Shown here: piece after piece, positions 10,695 through 19,648 of the stretch
Numbering within the stretch: the stretch's first letter is position 1
Layout: each line of letters starts with the position of its first letter
Assembly (NCBI GenBank): GCA_030123765.1
Contig: JASJXX010000005.1
Span: 1-60,637 of the forward strand
Direction of reading: 5' to 3'
DNA length: 60,637 bases
Source of the DNA: Actinomycetota bacterium
GTDB lineage: Bacteria; Actinomycetota; Acidimicrobiia; Spongiisociales; UBA5794
The notes under the pieces: generated by a model
Database searches by the model: none
Told to the model about the DNA's origin: nothing
The model's input: only the letters and a program-made list of their open reading frames with translations
Program-made: the position numbers and the translations under genes

Positions 10695-11411
10695 GTGCCG
10701 ACACCACACATCTCCGCCGCTGAAGGTGACATCGCTGAAGCGGTACTGCTTCCCGGTGACCCGATGCGGGCAGAGTTCATAGCAGAGACGTTCCTCGAGG
10801 ATGCTCGCGAGGTAACGGCTGTGCGGAACATGCTCGGTTTCACCGGCACCTACAAGGATCTGGCTGTTACGGTCATGGGCACTGGCATGGGTGTCCCGTC
10901 AGCCTCGATCTATATCACGGAGCTCATCCGCTTCTATGGAGCGAGACGCCTCGTCCGGGTCGGGTCATGTGGAGGCATCTCCAGCAACGTCGCGATGCGT
11001 GACATCATCCTTGCCATCGGAGCGAACACGGACTCGGGGGTAAACCGGGCACGCTATCGAGGATGGGACTTCGCCGCCACTGCGGACTATGGACTGCTCT
11101 CGGCAACTGCCGCCGCCGCGCAGGCTGCCGGGCTCAGTGTCCACGTGGGGAATGTCCACACTTCGGACAGTTTCTACAACCCCGAACCGGAGGCACTTGC
11201 GACCTGGCAGCGGATGCATGTCCTGGCGGTCGAGATGGAGGTTGCCGGCCTCTACGGCATCGCGGCCGAGGAGGGAGTACGCGCTCTTGCGGTACTCACG
11301 GTGTCAGATCACCTCGTTACCCAGGAAGAGACGACCTCCCAGGAGCGGGAACGAACTTTCGGGGAGATGGTCACCCTCGCGCTCGAGGGGCTTCTCACCG
11401 ACGCAAGCTGA
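10695..11411 (+). CDS. deoD: Purine nucleoside phosphorylase, DeoD type
   Basis: TPHI, LLPGDPMRA, RNMLGFTG, GMGVPS, AVEME, TVSDH. Confidence 0.96.
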   Translation: MPTPHISAAEGDIAEAVLLPGDPMRAEFIAETFLEDAREVTAVRNMLGFTGTYKDLAVTVMGTGMGVPSASIYITELIRFYGARRLVRVGSCGGISSNVAMRDIILAIGANTDSGVNRARYRGWDFAATADYGLLSATAAAAQAAGLSVHVGNVHTSDSFYNPEPEALATWQRMHVLAVEMEVAGLYGIAAEEGVRALAVLTVSDHLVTQEETTSQERERTFGEMVTLALEGLLTDAS

Positions 11412-11478
11412 GCGGCGCCCCGGCACCTTGTAGCGCAATGGCCCCCCGGGGCGGTCGCCCCGAGGGAACGGTCACGAT

Positions 11479-11988
11479 CTAGACGAACATCGTCTGAGCA
11501 CCGTCGATCAGTTCGATGAATTCGGTGACGTTCAGCACGCCGTCGAGAAGTGGCGTCATGTCGTCTTCAGAGAGCCCGAACATGTCGACGGACATCTTGC
11601 ACGCCCACAGCTTGCAGCCCATGTCAGAGAGATGCTGCAGGAACGTCGGCACGTCAGGCACGTCGAGATCCTTGAGCATCTTCTTCATCTGCCACGTCGC
11701 CATCGCCTGCATACCCGGTAGCGGCGCAAGCGCAGCAGGCATGTGTGTGGCCGGGTTCCCGACGGGGGAGAAGTGCAGATTGCCCATCCTCTTGCTGGTG
11801 ATCATGTCCATGCCCCAGAAGGTGAAGAAGATGTGAGTCTCCACCCCTTGTTCGAGGGCGCCTGACGCCATGATCAGCGCTGGATACGCCATATCGAGCG
11901 ATCCCTTCGAGCAGACGAATGCCATTTTTCTCTCGGCGTCGTCGTCAAAATCGGGAACCAGGCTCGTTGTTTCTTCTACTGCTGTCAT
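11479..11988 (-). CDS. DsrE/DsrF/DrsH-like (DsrE2-type) sulfur carrier
   Basis: SKGSLDMAYP..IFFTFWG..WACKMSVDM with the conserved Cys. Confidence 0.88.
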   Translation of the reverse strand: MTAVEETTSLVPDFDDDAERKMAFVCSKGSLDMAYPALIMASGALEQGVETHIFFTFWGMDMITSKRMGNLHFSPVGNPATHMPAALAPLPGMQAMATWQMKKMLKDLDVPDVPTFLQHLSDMGCKLWACKMSVDMFGLSEDDMTPLLDGVLNVTEFIELIDGAQTMFV

Positions 11989-11999
11989 GCTCTGACCTC

Positions 12000-12317
12000 C
12001 TAGATGCATCCCTTGGGCTTCTGCAACCCCGCGACATATGACATTTTGCGTGCCGGCTTCTTCGGAAAGAGCTGGAAGAGGCTCTTGGTTGCTATCTCGC
12101 CGACCGTTGAGACTCGCCGAAGCGTGGGCGTCTCGCCGTTCTCCTTGAAGTCCGACCGCAGAAAGGTGATCACTTTCCAGTGATCCTCCGTCAGCTCTCC
12201 GATCCCGATGTTGCTTGCGAGCGTCGCGGCGAGCCCCTCATCCCACTCGTCGAACTCCGTGAGGAATCCGTCATCATCTACGTGGATCTCTCGATCCGCG
12301 ATCGTCGTTACTGGCAT
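12000..12317 (-). CDS. TusE/DsrC/DsvC family sulfur relay protein (single C-terminal Cys)
   Basis: VDDDGFL..W, LTEDHWKVI.FLR, LFQLFP, AGLQKPKGCI. Confidence 0.92.
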   Translation of the reverse strand: MPVTTIADREIHVDDDGFLTEFDEWDEGLAATLASNIGIGELTEDHWKVITFLRSDFKENGETPTLRRVSTVGEIATKSLFQLFPKKPARKMSYVAGLQKPKGCI

Positions 12318-13075
12318 CACACGCCTCCCTGGGTGTCATCTGTCTCTGTCTCTGATCTGTCTGTCGTCTTGCTCGGTACGTCTCTCTCCGCGGCCGCAAC
12401 TGCCTTGAACGTGTTGAGTGCTCGAGCGAGGCCCATGCGGATCTCTGGATCGCGCATCTTTCCTGCCAGTGCGAGGAGGCTCGGTGGCTTCTCCGGTTCC
12501 TGCCCGGAAGGTCTTGCTTGTGTCCGAACAGCGGTGAGTAGTCGGTCTGCCATGGCGAGAATCTCTGGCTGCGTGATGTCTTTGACGATCTCGAGCATGT
12601 GCACGACGTTGTCACCGAGCGCCTCGACATCCTCCTTCGAGAAATTCGTCACGATGCGGTCGGCTACCCCGATACCCGCGGCAGCGAACTCGAAGTAGCC
12701 CTGCTCTTCGAATTGGCCCATCCTGGTGATGGCGAGAGCAACGGCCTGGCTCAGGATCGGAGTCACCTCGCCGACGAGTTCGTTCATCGATTCGAGCTGG
12801 ATCATCATCGACTCGAGGAGTCTCGCATTGTTCGCCACCCGCACCGCGAGCAGGAGCAGGTCGGCCGGGTCGATCCGAGTTTCGTCGAGTGCGTTGGCAG
12901 AGTGCTCGATCGCGCGCGTGGCGATCGGAGTCAGGTCGGCCTGTAGCTCCTGCATCGCCTGACGACGTTGGCGTTGGGCAAGCGCTTCCTCGGTGAGGAG
13001 CACGATCTGCTCAGTGAGCCGGTCGATCTTGCGTTCCAGCTCGATGGTGCGGTCGATCGCGACGGGAGTCGTCAC
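12317..13075 (-). CDS. DUF1641-domain helical protein
   Basis: Coiled-coil N-terminus and C-terminal PPSLLALAGKMRDPEIRMGL motif; GTG start overlaps the sqr stop. Confidence 0.75.
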   Translation of the reverse strand: MTTPVAIDRTIELERKIDRLTEQIVLLTEEALAQRQRRQAMQELQADLTPIATRAIEHSANALDETRIDPADLLLLAVRVANNARLLESMMIQLESMNELVGEVTPILSQAVALAITRMGQFEEQGYFEFAAAGIGVADRIVTNFSKEDVEALGDNVVHMLEIVKDITQPEILAMADRLLTAVRTQARPSGQEPEKPPSLLALAGKMRDPEIRMGLARALNTFKAVAAAERDVPSKTTDRSETETDDTQGGV

Positions 13076-14307
13076 GACGCACCCCTCTCCTTGCCCGCCA
13101 TCATCATGTGGCTCGGTACCGGGATGTTCTTGCCACGCAGAAGCATGTTCCAATACATCCACTTGAACATCAGTTTGCCCCAGTGGTTGGCCTCGGTCTC
13201 CTTGAGCAGGGAGAACGGGCCGATCCCCGGGATCGGGTATTTCCCCGGCAGCGGCTCGGTCGTGTAGTTGAAGTCGATGAGCATCGCTTTGTTATACCCG
13301 GTCTCGATGTAGCAGTTCGCATGCCCATCGAACCGTTCACGCATGGGGAGGCCCTGCACGTAGTTGATGAAGTTCGGGACGAAGACGTCCATCGCAAAGT
13401 GGGCGACGGATCCGGCCTTCGACGTAGGGAGGTTGGCTGCATCCCCGAGAGCGAAGATGTTGTCGTAATCCGTCGAGAGGAACGTGTAGTGGTCAACGTT
13501 GACGTGATTCATCTCGTCACCCAGACCGGCTTCCTGGACGAAGGTCGCTCCCATGTTCACCGGCACGGTGACAAGCAGGTCGTAGTCAACCTCGCGCTCG
13601 TCGTAGGAGATGAGCTTCCGGTTCTCAGCGTCGACCCGCTCGAGATAGAAGTCAGGCACGAGTTCTATGTTGCGGTCTTCGAACATCGAACCGAGGTGCC
13701 TTGCCGCAACCGGTTTCGTGAAGGCAGCGTCCAGTGGCGTGACGTACACGATCTCGACATTGTCCCGCTTGCCATGTTCGGTGAAGTACGCCTCGGCGAG
13801 AAACGCAAACTCGAGTGGCGCAACGGGGCACTTGATCGGCATCTCGATGAGGTTGATTACGAAGCGCCCGCTCTCGAAGGTCGCCAGGGCGTCGCGGAGA
13901 GCCACGGCTCCCTCGAAGGTGTAGAAGTCGTGCACGGTCTTGCCGTACTCCGGGCTGTCAAGACCAGGAGTCTCGCTCGGCGTCGGGTGGGTGCCTGTCG
14001 CGATGACGAGATAGTCGTAGCCCAGCTCCGTGCCGTTGTCGAGGGTGACCGAGTCTGCTTCAGGATCGAGTTTGGCAATCGTTGCGGACACGTAGTTAAC
14101 ACCGCGCGGGATGAACTCTCTCTTCGTCTTTGTCACGTCGCTCGGTGCGTAGGACCCGAAGGGGATGAACAGGTACCCGGGCTGGTAGTAGTGCGTCTCG
14201 TCCTGATCGACGATGGTGATCTCCCAGTCGTCGTCGAGTTGCTCCCGCAGCTTGTTAGCTGCCATCGTGCCTGCGGTGCCGGCGCCGAGAATGATCAAGC
14301 GTTTCAC
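13072..14307 (-). CDS. sqr: Sulfide:quinone oxidoreductase (type III-like) FAD-dependent oxidoreductase
   Basis: ILGAGTAG, HYYQPG, IKCPVAPLE, FALGDA..PTSKAG, FDGHANCYIETG (both catalytic-type Cys); GAGGAG RBS before GTG. Confidence 0.88.
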   Translation of the reverse strand: MKRLIILGAGTAGTMAANKLREQLDDDWEITIVDQDETHYYQPGYLFIPFGSYAPSDVTKTKREFIPRGVNYVSATIAKLDPEADSVTLDNGTELGYDYLVIATGTHPTPSETPGLDSPEYGKTVHDFYTFEGAVALRDALATFESGRFVINLIEMPIKCPVAPLEFAFLAEAYFTEHGKRDNVEIVYVTPLDAAFTKPVAARHLGSMFEDRNIELVPDFYLERVDAENRKLISYDEREVDYDLLVTVPVNMGATFVQEAGLGDEMNHVNVDHYTFLSTDYDNIFALGDAANLPTSKAGSVAHFAMDVFVPNFINYVQGLPMRERFDGHANCYIETGYNKAMLIDFNYTTEPLPGKYPIPGIGPFSLLKETEANHWGKLMFKWMYWNMLLRGKNIPVPSHMMMAGKERGAS

Positions 14308-14502
14308 GTTCCACTCCTCTGCGATGCAACGAGGCCCCGACCGGCTCGGTCGAGGCCTCTTCGTGCTGGTTTGAGTTCCGGGGAGGTACGGCAGGCAGGG
14401 GTCTGTTGCAGTGAGGTTGCGACTGAGGAGTCGCAGAGGCACCGGTTGCGCTCGACTCTCGAATTGAGCGTTGTTGTATCGTTCATCAGTCTGCCTGAGG
14501 TC

Positions 14503-14531
14503 AGTGTAGCGGTTTTCAAACCTATTGTATA
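14503..14531 (-). promoter_or_regulatory. Putative sigma70-type promoter of the sqr operon with an overlapping inverted repeat
   Basis: Minus strand reads TATACA-N17-TACACT in a locally AT-rich patch; GGTTT-TC-AAACC at 14511-14522 lies in the spacer. Confidence 0.45.
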
Positions 14532-14638
14532 GACGATGAGTTAGGAAATAAGCATCAGCTGTCAGTTGCCCAATGTGAAGGCGTCGGCCGTCACGCGATG
14601 ACGGGCCATTACTCTCCCGCACCCCAGTCGGAAGAGCC

Positions 14639-15226
14639 ATGCAGCGATCATTCTCCATCACCTATGACTATCTGTGCCCGTTCGCCCGCAACGCGAACGA
14701 GACTCTCGTCGAGATGCTTCAGGGTGGTGCGGCCTACTCAGTGAACTTCGTTCCGTTCTCCCTCGCGCAGACCCACACCGACGACGGGGAGATCCCACAG
14801 TGGGATCGACCGCTCGACGAGGTCGGTGGCGGCGTGCTGGCGCTGCTGTGGTCGATCGCCGTTCGGGACGGGTACCCCGAGTTCTTCCTTGCCTTCCACG
14901 CCGCCGTGTTCTCTGCCCGCCATGACGAGGGCAGCGACATAGGAGACGAGGGGGTCCTGGGCCGTGTCGCCCTCTCCGTCGGTCTGGACGCGGAGAGCAT
15001 TCGGTCTCATGTCGCGACCGGTGCGCCGGCTGGAACCCTCGCCGTTGAGCACATGGAGCTCGTCGAAGATCACGAGACGTTTGGTGTGCCGACTTTCATC
15101 GAGGGCGACGAAGCGGTCTTCGTCCGTTTCATGGAGAGGCACACACCCGATGACGTCGAGCGCGCGCTTGACATGCTGGGATGGACGAACCTCAACGAAT
15201 TCAAACGCACCACGATCCCCAGATAA
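14639..15226 (+). CDS. DsbA/FrnE-like thioredoxin-fold protein
   Basis: YDYLCPF (single Cys) and FGVPTF cis-Pro loop. Confidence 0.85.
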   Translation: MQRSFSITYDYLCPFARNANETLVEMLQGGAAYSVNFVPFSLAQTHTDDGEIPQWDRPLDEVGGGVLALLWSIAVRDGYPEFFLAFHAAVFSARHDEGSDIGDEGVLGRVALSVGLDAESIRSHVATGAPAGTLAVEHMELVEDHETFGVPTFIEGDEAVFVRFMERHTPDDVERALDMLGWTNLNEFKRTTIPR

Positions 15227-15330
15227 TCCACCTGTCCCATGGGGGGGAGTAGCGGGGTGCAGCCACGGGTCCAGGTACGTGCGTCGCGTCGATTCTGACG
15301 ATCGCGGCTCCCTGTCTCTCCCCGTCCGGA

Positions 15331-15776
15331 TTGAGCCTCCTGCCTCTCTTCGGCCTGCGCCTTGCGTCTGCTCGCTGGTCGCTTTACTTTTTTGGGATCG
15401 TCCCCGGCATGTTGGGCGTCTGGCTCTTCGCCGTGTACGGGATCGCTGTTCCAGAGTTCATCAAGATGGGTCACGCCCACGCCGCGTGGTGGTCGATCCT
15501 GATCCTTCTCATGGCTCTCCTGATCCCGGGCACTCCGTTCCGCCCCAAGGTGAGGAAGTTCATCTCGTTCACCGCCATAACGGCGGTACCGGCATGGACG
15601 GTCGCGCTGGCGGCGTACTACATCAGCAAGGAAGCTCGAGGCATCGGGACACCCCTGCCGTCGCAGCCCGGCGCAGAATTCAGTCTGGAGTATGCCGTCT
15701 ACGGCACGGGGCTCTTCCTCCTCGAGGTTTGGTTCTTCGCAGTCCTCGCTCTGGTGTTTCTGGCAGACGCAAGACA
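15331..15776 (+). pseudogene. Fragment of a polytopic membrane protein (GHAH motif), apparently truncated at both ends
   Basis: Hydrophobic helices until about 15770, then an abrupt change in composition; no convincing start or RBS. Confidence 0.45.
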
Positions 15777-15917
15777 GGACCGGTTCGATCCGATATCAGG
15801 GAAGAGCAGATCATTAAACTGGTTGGCACCGCAGCTCTTGCTGTTGTTGCAGGCAGACCCGATATCGATGAAGTTCCTTGCTCATAAGGAGAGCCACAGA
15901 GGCCAAGGGGAGAGAGA

Positions 15918-16583
15918 ATGGCAATCGGCATATCACTCGCAGCAGCTACAGGAGTTATTGCAGGGGCGCTGCATACGTTCTCTGGTCCTGATCACTTGTC
16001 GGCGTTGGCTCCGGTTGCTGTAGAGCATCCTGAGAGAGCTGCAAGGACTGGAGCAGTATGGGGATTGGGTCATGGGATTGGCACGATGCTGTTGGGTCTG
16101 GTTGGGTTGTGGCTGAGGGAGTTTGTGGATATTGATTCGGTGGCTGGTTGGGCAGAGTTCATCGTTGGGTTCTTGCTGGTCGGGATCGGGGTACGGGCTA
16201 TGTGGGTGGCTCGGCGTATGAAAATTCACGAGCACGAGCACAAGCACGAGAATGGTGTAGGAACACACAGTCACGTTCACGATCACCGATCTGGGAGGTT
16301 GGGGCATAGTCATGTAGTACTCGGGTTGGGCGTTTTTCATGGAGTTGCTGGGGGCGGTTATCTGTTCGGAGTGCTTCCAGCGCTGGCGCTTCCAACGTAT
16401 CAGGCGATTATTTATCTGATGGCGTATGTGGCCGGGTCGGTTGTGGCGATGAGTGCGTTCGCTTCAGGTGTCGGGAAGCTGGCTAGAAAGTCTGTGCGCT
16501 GGATCCGGGAGTTGATGTTTCTATCTGGAGCATTGGCGACGGCAATCGGTGGTGTATGGATAGTCACGACATGGAGGTTCTGA
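15918..16583 (+). CDS. Nickel/cobalt permease-like (UreH/NicO-like) membrane protein
   Basis: LHTFSGPDHL, WGLGH, His-rich loop HEHEHKH..HSHVHDH, FHGVAG; lower GC than the flanks. Confidence 0.82.
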   Translation: MAIGISLAAATGVIAGALHTFSGPDHLSALAPVAVEHPERAARTGAVWGLGHGIGTMLLGLVGLWLREFVDIDSVAGWAEFIVGFLLVGIGVRAMWVARRMKIHEHEHKHENGVGTHSHVHDHRSGRLGHSHVVLGLGVFHGVAGGGYLFGVLPALALPTYQAIIYLMAYVAGSVVAMSAFASGVGKLARKSVRWIRELMFLSGALATAIGGVWIVTTWRF

Positions 16584-16589
16584 ATGGCC

Positions 16590-16615
16590 ACCCGCATTGA
16601 ACCGGTGCGGGTTTT
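16590..16615 (+). terminator. Intrinsic terminator after the nickel permease gene
   Basis: ACCCGCA-loop-TGCGGGT followed by TTT. Confidence 0.6.
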
Positions 16616-16740
16616 GGTTCACGCTGGGTTTGATGGAGACTCGATGTTTTGGTTTCCAAGTGACTGTTTGATGCTCCTTTCGGCATGATAGATGTCCTCG
16701 AACTCGGCGGGCGGGATGTCCCCCGTGTAGCCGTGAACCG
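16615..16740 (-). mobile_element. 3' remnant of an IS3-family element (OrfB C-terminus plus terminal inverted repeat)
   Basis: Minus-strand peptide HGYTGDIPPAEFEDIY is typical of IS3 OrfB ends; terminus reads GAGTCTCCATCAAACCCAGCGTGAACCA, ending in CA. Confidence 0.7.
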
Positions 16741-17489
16741 GTCCAGAACACTTCGTCCTCAGAGTCACCGACGTCGAGACCGAGGACTTCCCTGTTCCCG
16801 TCGCTAGCGACACCGGTTGCAATCACCACAGCACGAGACACGATGTGATGATCTACACGTGCTTTGACGTAGGTGGCATCGACATACACGTACGGGAAGG
16901 AGAGGTGATCCAACGGTCGGGTGCGGAACACCTCGACCTGCACGTCGATCTCTTCACAGATGCGGCTCACTGTCGATTTCGATACCCCGGTGTCACAGCC
17001 CAACGCCTTGACCAGATCATCAACCTTCCTCGTCGACGTACCAGTGACATACGCGGTCATGATCACCGCCCACAGGGCCTTATCCGCCCTGCGGCGAGGC
17101 TCGAGCAGGGACGGGAAGAACGACCCGGCCCGCAGCTTCGGGATCCGCAGCTCAAGATCACCCGACGGGCAAGACAACGTCTTGTCGCGATGCCCGTTGC
17201 GATAGTTCGACCGCTCATCGGTCCGTTCATGACGCGAGGCGCCGATCTTGGCAGTCACCTCGGCGTCGATCAGATCCTGGAGTGCCTGTTCCAACAACCT
17301 GCGGAACAGCTCTTTCGTGCCGTCATCACCGAAATGTGCAAGCACATCGCTAAACGTTGAGGCGTCATCATGGTGGGCCATCGTGTGGTCTCTCCTGACG
17401 AGCTCGTGGATGAACTCGCTGAGAGTCACACGGTGACCCCTCAGACCGAAGGACATAACCCAATTTCCACCACTTCACGGGACACATAC
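16741..17489 (-). mobile_element. Truncated IS256-family element (left end plus about 210 N-terminal aa of transposase, ATG at 17381)
   Basis: RNGHR, LRIPKLR.GSFFPSLL, GTSTRKV, SKSTVSR, YVDATYVK, REVLG, SEDEVFW, after which similarity is lost; left end GTATGTGTCCCGTGAAGTGGTGGAAAT. Confidence 0.9.
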
Positions 17490-17595
17490 GAAGTTCTTCA
17501 ACGTGTTCCTGCTGGCCTGGATCGGGATAGCGATGATCAGGCGGCTGAGACGTGAGGATCCGCCTGCTCCTGTCGAGGCGGACGCGACTATCTAG
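17488..17595 (+). pseudogene. Orphan C-terminal fragment of a host membrane protein cut by the IS256 insertion
   Basis: Frame TKFFNVFLLAWIGIAMIRRLRREDPPAPVEADATI* begins at the IS end and has no start of its own. Confidence 0.5.
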
Positions 17596-17770
17596 GCACG
17601 TTTGTCCGGGCCGTGGGACCGGGCTTCGCGGCCCGGTCCCTCCGCGTTCCGATCCCCGGGCCTCGGTGGTGAGGCGATGCATCGACGTAGTGTGTGGCGG
17701 CCGCGAGCAACGCGATGGCACTGAAGCTGCAGGGACGCGTCCGCGTTCGAGGGTGGCCGTCGGCTCCGGA

Positions 17771-19105
17771 TCAGGACCCGAGTTCGCGAAACGCTACAGC
17801 CTGGGCTACCGCAGCCGACTCGATGTCAGCGAGTTCGACGCTCTCGTTCGGGCCGTGGTAACGGCTCGTGGGATCAGCGACACCGACGAGGAGCACCGTT
17901 GCTTGTGGGTAGCGTTCACGGAACGCGGCGACGAACGGAATCGATCCACCCATCCCCGCTTCAACGGGTTCAGCGCCATACCCCAGGCGCATGCCCTCCC
18001 TGTACGCGTCATAGACGGGGCCTGTCGTTTCGAGATCGATCGCGGAGCCGAGCGCCCCGGGGTCGACGGTGACGCTGGCGCCCCAGGGTGCCGCTGCCTT
18101 GAGGTGCTCGGTGAGGGCTGTGAGAGCTTCCTTCGGATTCTGCCCGGGCGCGATGCGCAGGGAGACTTTGGCGCTTGCGACAGGAACGATCTGGTTGATC
18201 GCTTCACTGATCGGAACCGAGTCGATCGCAAGTACCGAGATCGAAGGCCGGGTCCACAGACGCGATGTGAGCGTGCCGTGACCCATCAGTTCGAGTCCAT
18301 CGACCGGAAGGGTCTGTTGCGCAAGTTCTTCGAGGGAGAGGTCGAGCGGGTCGGCGTCACTCTCAACGAGACCCTCGATAGCGATGGAGCCGTCGTCATG
18401 GTGGAGAGAAGCGATGACACGTGCAAGCGCGATGTTCGCGTCGGGGTAAATACCGCCGAACGAGCCAGAGTGGACCGCGTACTTCAGCGTGCGCACGGTG
18501 ACCTTGCAATCTACGAGACCTCGTAGCGATGTGGTGAGCGTCGGGGTGCCGATACGCCAGTTACCCGCGTCCGCGATGATGATCACGTCGGGCTGCAGCA
18601 GCTCTTGGTACGTCGAGAGGAAGTCGACGAGGTGTCCTGAGCCGATCTCCTCCTCACCCTCAATGAAGACCTTGATGGTCACAGGGAGGTCGTTGCCAAG
18701 AGCCCTGATGGAGGCAAGGTGCAGTGCAATGCCAGCTTTGTCGTCCGCTGATCCACGGCCGTACATGCGCCCCTCGCGCACGAACGGTATGAAAGGGGAC
18801 GTCTCCCACTGGTCGGCGGGACCCGGAGGTTGCACGTCGTGATGGGCGTAGAGGAGCACCGTTGGCGCGCCCGCTGGGCCGGACTTTTCTCCGTAGACGG
18901 CAGGGTGAGCTCCGTCGATCTCAAGAAGGTGGACGTCGTCGAGGCCCGCCTCCGACATGAGTTCAGCTACGAATTCGGCGGAACGTCGTACCTCAGCTGG
19001 GGGGTATCCGGGAGCACTGACCGACGGGATGCGGACCATCCTGTCGAGTTCGTCGCGAATACGTGGCGAGTCGGCTGATACTGCGCTGCGGAGATCGTCG
19101 TGCAT
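17771..19105 (-). CDS. M20 family dipeptidase
   Basis: LYAHHDVQP, YGRGSADDKAG, IEGEEEIGS, HSG.FGG, GGSIP, HGPNES. Confidence 0.93.
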   Translation of the reverse strand: MHDDLRSAVSADSPRIRDELDRMVRIPSVSAPGYPPAEVRRSAEFVAELMSEAGLDDVHLLEIDGAHPAVYGEKSGPAGAPTVLLYAHHDVQPPGPADQWETSPFIPFVREGRMYGRGSADDKAGIALHLASIRALGNDLPVTIKVFIEGEEEIGSGHLVDFLSTYQELLQPDVIIIADAGNWRIGTPTLTTSLRGLVDCKVTVRTLKYAVHSGSFGGIYPDANIALARVIASLHHDDGSIAIEGLVESDADPLDLSLEELAQQTLPVDGLELMGHGTLTSRLWTRPSISVLAIDSVPISEAINQIVPVASAKVSLRIAPGQNPKEALTALTEHLKAAAPWGASVTVDPGALGSAIDLETTGPVYDAYREGMRLGYGAEPVEAGMGGSIPFVAAFRERYPQATVLLVGVADPTSRYHGPNESVELADIESAAVAQAVAFRELGS

Positions 19106-19154
19106 CCAACCATCGTATCGGTCTGTGGCGCTACCGTTTCGTTACGCTGATTCC

Positions 19155-19595
19155 ATGAACGACATCATCCTCGTACCCGTCGACGTGCCGCTCGTCGGCG
19201 ATGAACGTCGGAAGAACTGGGCGAAGATCGTCACCAATGTCGACGAGTCCCTCGCGTCAGGGTGGGCGTTCGAAGGTGAATTCATCGCAACCGGTGGCAT
19301 CCAGGACGTGCCGGTCGGTTCCGTATTACTCATTTACGGCGAGCGCGGCTCTCGGACCAACCCCCAGATCGAAGTACAAGTGTTGCGGGTCAACAGCGAC
19401 GCGACTACGAGCCACATCGCCAACGCGAGAGGTCGAGCGTGGGCGAGGACTCTGAGAGATGAGATCGTGACCCTCCTCGACGAGGGTTCAGAAGATCCTG
19501 TCACCGCCAAACCATGGGGCCCGGAGCTCATCCAGTACTCGAACGAGGCCCTGGACGAGGAACTACGAAGAAGGTCACGCGATCGCGAGGACTGA
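19155..19595 (+). CDS. Hypothetical protein
   Basis: Fills the gap between flanking genes with host-like codon usage; KNWAKIV..GWAFEGEF motif. Confidence 0.7.
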   Translation: MNDIILVPVDVPLVGDERRKNWAKIVTNVDESLASGWAFEGEFIATGGIQDVPVGSVLLIYGERGSRTNPQIEVQVLRVNSDATTSHIANARGRAWARTLRDEIVTLLDEGSEDPVTAKPWGPELIQYSNEALDEELRRRSRDRED

Positions 19596-19648
19596 GATCC
19601 CTCGCCGTGGGGGTGTAAGGAGGTGACAGGAGCTCCTGGCCCTAATCG

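Noticed and set aside
12000-12317. Dissimilatory sulfite reduction (true DsrC)
   Set aside because: Only one C-terminal Cys rather than the two-Cys motif, and no dsrAB in the window.
14484-14490. CUGAUGA (hammerhead ribozyme core) on the minus strand of the sqr leader
   Set aside because: No stem II followed by GAAA and no correctly placed cleavage triplet; a 7-mer match is expected by chance.
13108-14532. 474-aa antisense ORF opposite sqr, and similar ones such as 6593-7864, 17552-18526 and 31105-32217
   Set aside because: Shadow ORFs that fully overlap well-supported genes, with no RBS or domain evidence.
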